Shown here: positions 59,456 to 64,000 of the stretch, piece by piece
Numbering within the stretch: position 1 is the stretch's first letter
How the letters are laid out: each line of letters starts with the position of its first letter
Origin: a candidate division Zixibacteria bacterium SM23_81
Lineage (GTDB): Bacteria > SM23-81
Direction: 5' to 3'
NCBI GenBank assembly: GCA_001304015.1
Contig: LJUY01000008.1
Span: 7,221 to 71,220, forward strand
Length of the DNA stretch: 64,000 nt
Program-made: the position numbers and the translations under genes
Notes under the pieces: generated by a model
The model's database searches: none
Told to the model about the DNA's origin: nothing
Seen by the model: only the letters and a program-made list of their open reading frames with translations

Positions 59456-60594
59456 CCTTTCCTCCGAATTTTCGATACCTTTGAGGGGTGCATGGTTTTG
59501 AGCAGCACATTCACTATTCTTGCAGCGGCACGGCCATCCCATAACTTTGGCCTTCGAGGTCTTCTATTCGGGAGCTCTAAGATGGCCTGGGTTTCCTGGA
59601 CGATCCTGTCTGGATTAGTACCCACCACAAGATTGGTGCCCTCTCGAACCGTGATCGGTCGCTCCGTGTTTTCCCGCAAAGTCAGGCAAGGTATGCCCAG
59701 CACGGTGGTTTCCTCCTGAATCCCACCGGAATCGGTGAACACTAACTGGGCTAGATCCATTAACCTGAGAAAGTCGATGTATCCCACCGGGTCGATTAAC
59801 CGCAGTCCCGATATACGGGCAACCTCCCCTTCCAATTTGAAGTGTTGTAACATTTTGCGCGAACGCGGATGGATGGGAAAAATTATGGGCAAGTGCCGCT
59901 GGATTATTTCCATGGCGCGGAGAATGCCCCGTAGTTTGCCAACCTCGTCCACGTTTGAGGGGCGATGAAGAGTTATCAGGCCATACCCCCGTCGCCGGAG
60001 ACCGAGCCTTTCCACAATGGAGGAGCCCGTGGATTTCTCTCGAAATTTCAGCAGAGAATCGATCATCACGTTGCCAACAAAAAAGATCCTCTCCGAAGGG
60101 ATTCCCTCCCTGAGAAGGTTCTCGTTGGCGTCCGTACAGGTTGTGAACAGATAGTTGGAGACAGCATCTGTGAGAACGCGGTTGATTTCCTCTGGCATGC
60201 GGCGGTCGAAACTCCGCAGGCCGGCCTCCACGTGTGCCACGGGGATATGCATCTTGGCCGCCACAAGCGAACAGGCTACCGTGGAATTTACATCTCCCAC
60301 TACCATCACCAGGTCGGGCGGAGCCTTGAGAACCACGCGTTCAAACTCCCGCATAATCTGGCCAGTTTGCTGAGCCTGACGGCCTGATCCCACCTTCAGG
60401 TTAACGTCCGGCGGCGAGAGTTCCAGATCCCGGAAAAAGGCCTGGGACATGTCGTTGTCGTAATGCTGCCCGGTGTGGATGACCACAGGTCGAAAGGAGG
60501 TCCGCCCTCGTAGCTGGGACAGGATGGGAGCAATCTTCATGAAGTTGGGCCGTGCTCCAGCCACCAGAAAGATTTTGGACCCAGAGCTCACCAA
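59452..60594 (-). CDS. UDP-N-acetylglucosamine 2-epimerase paralog (WbpI-like)
   Basis: …LVAGARPNFMKIAPI…HTGQHYDNDMSQAFF… Paralog of 57269..58348. Confidence 0.8.
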   Translation of the reverse strand: MVSSGSKIFLVAGARPNFMKIAPILSQLRGRTSFRPVVIHTGQHYDNDMSQAFFRDLELSPPDVNLKVGSGRQAQQTGQIMREFERVVLKAPPDLVMVVGDVNSTVACSLVAAKMHIPVAHVEAGLRSFDRRMPEEINRVLTDAVSNYLFTTCTDANENLLREGIPSERIFFVGNVMIDSLLKFREKSTGSSIVERLGLRRRGYGLITLHRPSNVDEVGKLRGILRAMEIIQRHLPIIFPIHPRSRKMLQHFKLEGEVARISGLRLIDPVGYIDFLRLMDLAQLVFTDSGGIQEETTVLGIPCLTLRENTERPITVREGTNLVVGTNPDRIVQETQAILELPNRRPRRPKLWDGRAAARIVNVLLKTMHPSKVSKIRRKG

Positions 60595-61337
60595 TCCTGG
60601 TTCTCCAGAAGCTGCTCGTCTGGCACGTTCCTCCAGATCCGGGCGGGGACACCGCGAACGATCTTCTTGGGCGGGACATCTTTGGTCACCACGGATCCAC
60701 CTGCCACTAGAGCATCCTCGCCGATGACTTTTCCCGGCAGCACTACGGCGCCGACTCCCACACGACCACCCTTTTTCACGGTGATGCCCTTGAAATGCTT
60801 AAATCTCTCTTCGGTGCGCCCCGTGTAATTATCGTTGGAGGTTGTGACCTGGGGAGCGATGAAGACCCGATCCTCCAAGACTGAGTAAGCAGTTATATAG
60901 CTTTCGGTTTCTAGTTTGCAATAGCGGCCTACGGTGCAGTAGTTCTCTATGGTCACCCCTCGGCCCACTATGGTATAAGCGCCCACCGTGACCTTCTCGC
61001 GCACGGATGCATAGTCGGCTACCAGCACCTTCTGCTCGATCTCGCAGCCAGCGTAGATAATCGCCGAGGTCCCTATGATACAGTCATCTCCTAACTTTGT
61101 GGGTGGGAGATTGTCCTCCGCCTTCATAATACTATTGGCCGCCCGCATGGGCTGCTTGCCAATGACAGTATGGTCATCGATGCGCACATTTTTCCCGATG
61201 CGAACATTGGGGTGGATCACCACCCCATGACCGATTAGACAGCCCGGGCCAATGGTCGCCCCCTGAGAGATAATGGTGTTTTCCCCGACGGTGGTGCCTT
61301 TGCCCACCTTTGCCGTGGGATGGATGCTCTGGGTCAC
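60588..61337 (-). CDS. hexapeptide-repeat sugar N-acetyltransferase, WbpD-like
   Basis: 249 aa of left-handed beta-helix repeats. Confidence 0.7.
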   Translation of the reverse strand: MTQSIHPTAKVGKGTTVGENTIISQGATIGPGCLIGHGVVIHPNVRIGKNVRIDDHTVIGKQPMRAANSIMKAEDNLPPTKLGDDCIIGTSAIIYAGCEIEQKVLVADYASVREKVTVGAYTIVGRGVTIENYCTVGRYCKLETESYITAYSVLEDRVFIAPQVTTSNDNYTGRTEERFKHFKGITVKKGGRVGVGAVVLPGKVIGEDALVAGGSVVTKDVPPKKIVRGVPARIWRNVPDEQLLENQDW

Positions 61338-61394
61338 TGCCTGCCTCCTTTTTTTAAAACGATCCCGCAGTTCGTCAGTGGGTTCGGTCTCCCA

Positions 61395-62423
61395 TCAGGG
61401 CTTCAGCTGCACGGGCTTTCCCCGCTCCTCCAGGGACTTCTGGGTGGCCTCAAGAACGCGAAGCACTTGCAGTCCGTTCCAACCGTCACTCAGCGGCTTT
61501 TTACCACTTTGTACGCAATCCAGAAAGTGCTGACACTCATTCTTCAAAGGTTCGGACATCTGGACCTTGGGGATAATGATGTCCCCAATCCTCAAAGTTT
61601 GATAGTCGCCGTAAGTATCGTAGGATTCCAGAGCGTCCACACCTTTGTCGTACAGCTTGATCTTCTCGGCACTCTCCATGTCGTCAAAGACCACCATCTT
61701 CTTGCTGCCCACCACCGTAATTTTTCGGATCTTGTGTGGGTCCAACCAGCTTACCTGACCGTGACCCATGACATTGTTGGGGAAATGGAGAGTGAAGAAG
61801 GTCACGTCTTCCACCCCGGGATTGATATAAGACTGGCCTGTGGCTAAAACCAGGTCTGGCATCGTTTCCGTCAGAAAGAGCATCACCGAAATGTCATGGG
61901 GGGCAAAGCTCCAAAGGGCGTTTTCCGCGGTTCGCACCTTACCCAGGTTGATGCGACTGGAGTACATGTAGTAAATTTGGCCCAGCTCCCCGCTGTCCAC
62001 GTACTCCTTTAATTTCCGAACGCCCGGATGATAAAGCAGCAGATGGCCCACCATGAGCACCCGGCCATTCTTCTCCGCCAACTGGACCAGCTCCTCTCCC
62101 TGATCGCTTCTCAAGACCAGGGGTTTCTCCACCAGCACGTGCTTGCCGACCGTCAATGCGGCCTTGGCGATCTCGTAATGGCTCTCAGCGCTGGTGGTTA
62201 CCACAACAGCGTCGAGATCTTTCTGCTTTACGACAGGACGATAGTCCTTTTCCGTTTTCACATCTCGAAAGCTTGTGGTCACCCTGGCTAGCGCCTTGTC
62301 GTCTTTGTCCACCACCATTTGGAGGTGACAATCCGTGAGTTGATCAAAGGCTCGGACGTGGTTGAAACCCCAGGCCCCTGCGCCTATAACGGCGACACGT
62401 ACCATTGCTCCTCCCCGAGACAC
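61395..62423 (-). CDS. Gfo/Idh/MocA family sugar oxidoreductase, WbpB-like
   Basis: VRVAVIGAGAWGFNHVRAF… Paralog of 29936..30961. Confidence 0.7.
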   Translation of the reverse strand: MSRGGAMVRVAVIGAGAWGFNHVRAFDQLTDCHLQMVVDKDDKALARVTTSFRDVKTEKDYRPVVKQKDLDAVVVTTSAESHYEIAKAALTVGKHVLVEKPLVLRSDQGEELVQLAEKNGRVLMVGHLLLYHPGVRKLKEYVDSGELGQIYYMYSSRINLGKVRTAENALWSFAPHDISVMLFLTETMPDLVLATGQSYINPGVEDVTFFTLHFPNNVMGHGQVSWLDPHKIRKITVVGSKKMVVFDDMESAEKIKLYDKGVDALESYDTYGDYQTLRIGDIIIPKVQMSEPLKNECQHFLDCVQSGKKPLSDGWNGLQVLRVLEATQKSLEERGKPVQLKP

Positions 62424-62429
62424 ATTCAG

Positions 62430-63734
62430 TTAGAGTTTGACAATCTTGCCTTTGCTGCTCACAACTCCTTTGGTGGCATTTCTCGTGTCCACAGCGCATT
62501 GAACGTTATCGGCAATCCATTGATAGTCGTAGTCACTATGATCCGTGATGATGACCACGCAGTCCATCTGGTTAAGCAGTTTCACATCGAGTTCCACAGA
62601 GGACATAGAGCCTTTGTCAAGGGATATCTTGGGCACGCGAGGATCGTTGTACTGGATCTGCGCGCCCTTCTCTTGAAGGAGCTTGATGACATCAAGTGCC
62701 GGGGACTCACGCACATCGGAGATGTCTCGTTTATAGGCCACACCAAGGATGAGGATTCGTGACCCATTGATGCTTTTGTGATGCAAGTTAAGAGCATCGT
62801 TGACTTTTCTGATGACATAATCTGGCATGTTGGCGTTGATATCCCCGGCGAGCTCGATGAAACGGGCTCTATAGTTAAGGGTTCTTAATTTCCAGGAGAG
62901 ATAGTGGGGGTCGATTGGGATGCAGTGTCCCCCAAGGCCGGGACCGGGGTAGAAAGGCATATAGCCGAAAGGCTTTGTCGCTGCTGCATCAATCACCTCC
63001 CAAACATCGATGCCCAGCCGATCGCACATAAGGGCCACCTCGTTGACCATCCCGATGTTGACACTCCGGAAAGTATTTTCTACCAGTTTGACGACCTCCG
63101 CGCTCTGGGAGGAGGAGACATCAATCACCTCCGAGACGGTCTGCTCGTAAAACAGCTTGGCCATCTGTGTGCATTTGTCGGTGATACCCCCCACCACTTT
63201 GGGCGTGTTTTTCACCCCATAGGTTTTGTTACCCGGATCTATTCTCTCTGGAGAGAAGGCCAGGAAGAAATCCTGGCCCACCTTCAACCCCGTGGTCTCC
63301 AAAATAGGCAGGATCAGCTCCTCTGTGGTGCCTGGATAGGTGGTGCTCTCCAGGATGATGAGATGTCCGGGACGAAGGTGTTTTTTGATACCATTTACCG
63401 CCGATAGAATATAGGACACGTCCGGGTCTTTAGTCTTGCTCAGAGGGGTGGGAACGCAAATGACGACCACGTCGAGTTTTTGAATGGCTGCGTAAGTATT
63501 AGTAGCGGTTAAGTTTTTGGAACCCACCAGAGCAGCAACGATAGAGCTGGCCACATCTTCTACGTCGGACTTCCCGGTGTTGATGGTGGTTACTTTACTT
63601 TTAGAGCGGTCGATGCCCGTGATCCTAAATCCGACCTTGGCGAAGGCTACAGCTAACGGAAGGCCCACGTACCCAAGGCCGACCACGCCCACTAGGGCAC
63701 GTTTGCTCTCAATCTTTTTCCGCAGTTTCTCCAT
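62430..63734 (-). CDS. UDP-N-acetyl-D-glucosamine (or mannosamine) 6-dehydrogenase, WbpA/WecC family
   Basis: N-terminal NAD-binding VGVVGLGYVGLPLA, a catalytic-cysteine region and the UDPG/MGDP-dehydrogenase three-domain length. Confidence 0.8.
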   Translation of the reverse strand: MEKLRKKIESKRALVGVVGLGYVGLPLAVAFAKVGFRITGIDRSKSKVTTINTGKSDVEDVASSIVAALVGSKNLTATNTYAAIQKLDVVVICVPTPLSKTKDPDVSYILSAVNGIKKHLRPGHLIILESTTYPGTTEELILPILETTGLKVGQDFFLAFSPERIDPGNKTYGVKNTPKVVGGITDKCTQMAKLFYEQTVSEVIDVSSSQSAEVVKLVENTFRSVNIGMVNEVALMCDRLGIDVWEVIDAAATKPFGYMPFYPGPGLGGHCIPIDPHYLSWKLRTLNYRARFIELAGDINANMPDYVIRKVNDALNLHHKSINGSRILILGVAYKRDISDVRESPALDVIKLLQEKGAQIQYNDPRVPKISLDKGSMSSVELDVKLLNQMDCVVIITDHSDYDYQWIADNVQCAVDTRNATKGVVSSKGKIVKL

Positions 63735-63746
63735 GCGATAGCTCCT

Positions 63747-64000
63747 TCATTCCGAACACGTTTCGGCGATGAGGCATGTTGCGCGATAAAGAGATTCAAA
63801 GGTACCCGCATCCGTCCACCAACCCTCCAAGATCTCAAAAGTCATAGTGCCCTGGGCGATGTAGGCATTATTTACGTCGGTGATCTCCAGTTCGCCACGA
63901 TTTGAGGGTTTCAAAGTCTTGATGATCTCAAAGACCCGATCATCGTACATGTAGATGCCAGTGACGGCAAGATTACTTTTGGGAACTTTGGGTTTTTCAG
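63747..64000 (-). CDS. rmlA: glucose-1-phosphate thymidylyltransferase (RmlA/RfbA), C-terminal part only; 5' end beyond window
   Basis: …[45 protein letters not shown]… matches the RmlA C-terminus. The reading frame continues open to position 64000. Confidence 0.7.
   Translation of the reverse strand, partial: EKPKVPKSNLAVTGIYMYDDRVFEIIKTLKPSNRGELEITDVNNAYIAQGTMTFEILEGWWTDAGTFESLYRATCLIAETCSE

Noticed and set aside
1-64000. Search for CRISPR arrays, rRNA genes, toxin-antitoxin pairs, restriction-modification or other defence-system genes.
   Set aside because: No regularly spaced direct repeats, no rRNA-like conserved stretches, and no nuclease, helicase or methylase pairs characteristic of known defence systems were seen. 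The bifunctional-nuclease-family gene (14231-14731) is a single-gene family without defence partners here.

Overview
This window is a bacterial chromosomal segment of roughly 55% GC with compact, overlapping genes. The lineage is not identifiable from sequence alone. It splits into three parts. (1) Positions 1-19,000 carry mixed accessory and housekeeping genes: a partial TspO at the left edge, ArsM, two GNAT acetyltransferases, MntP, a TehB-like methyltransferase, TPR proteins, an operon built around a MutL/GlmL-family actin-fold ATPase, an LpoA-like TPR + periplasmic-binding-fold protein, a bifunctional-nuclease-family protein, a secreted protein made of three tandem ~125-aa repeats, a short QueG-like Fe-S protein and DcyD. 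(2) Positions 19,100-20,150 contain no ORFs but several palindromes. (3) Everything from 20,150 to the window end lies on the minus strand. It begins with a conserved translation block (rplI-rpsR-rpsF, ychF, H+-pyrophosphatase hppA, pth-rplY-prs, tRNA-Gln(UUG), spoVG, ispE). From about 29.2 kb onward it is a single polysaccharide (O-antigen or capsule) locus of about 35 kb. That locus holds two paralogous WbpB/WbpE/WbpD-like enzyme sets plus a WbpA-like dehydrogenase and two UDP-GlcNAc 2-epimerases, which together predict a UDP-2,3-diacetamido-uronic-acid sugar. It also holds a polyprenyl-phosphate glycosylphosphotransferase, three GT4 glycosyltransferases, two tandem Wzy/O-antigen-ligase-family paralogs, a Wzx flippase, four SAM methyltransferases, a sulfotransferase, CapA-like and PaaK-like enzymes, an ADH+Gfo/Idh/MocA bi-domain oxidoreductase, a beta-helix lipoprotein and a partial RmlA at the right edge. 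An AT-rich sub-island at about 33.6-45 kb carries an IS481-like element with perfect 13-bp terminal inverted repeats. No CRISPR array, rRNA or obvious defence system was seen. The strongest candidates for something new are the sulfotransferase-containing, heavily methylated, uronic/diacetamido-sugar polysaccharide locus, the orphan MutL-family ATPase operon, the triple-repeat secreted protein and the ORF-free palindromic region.
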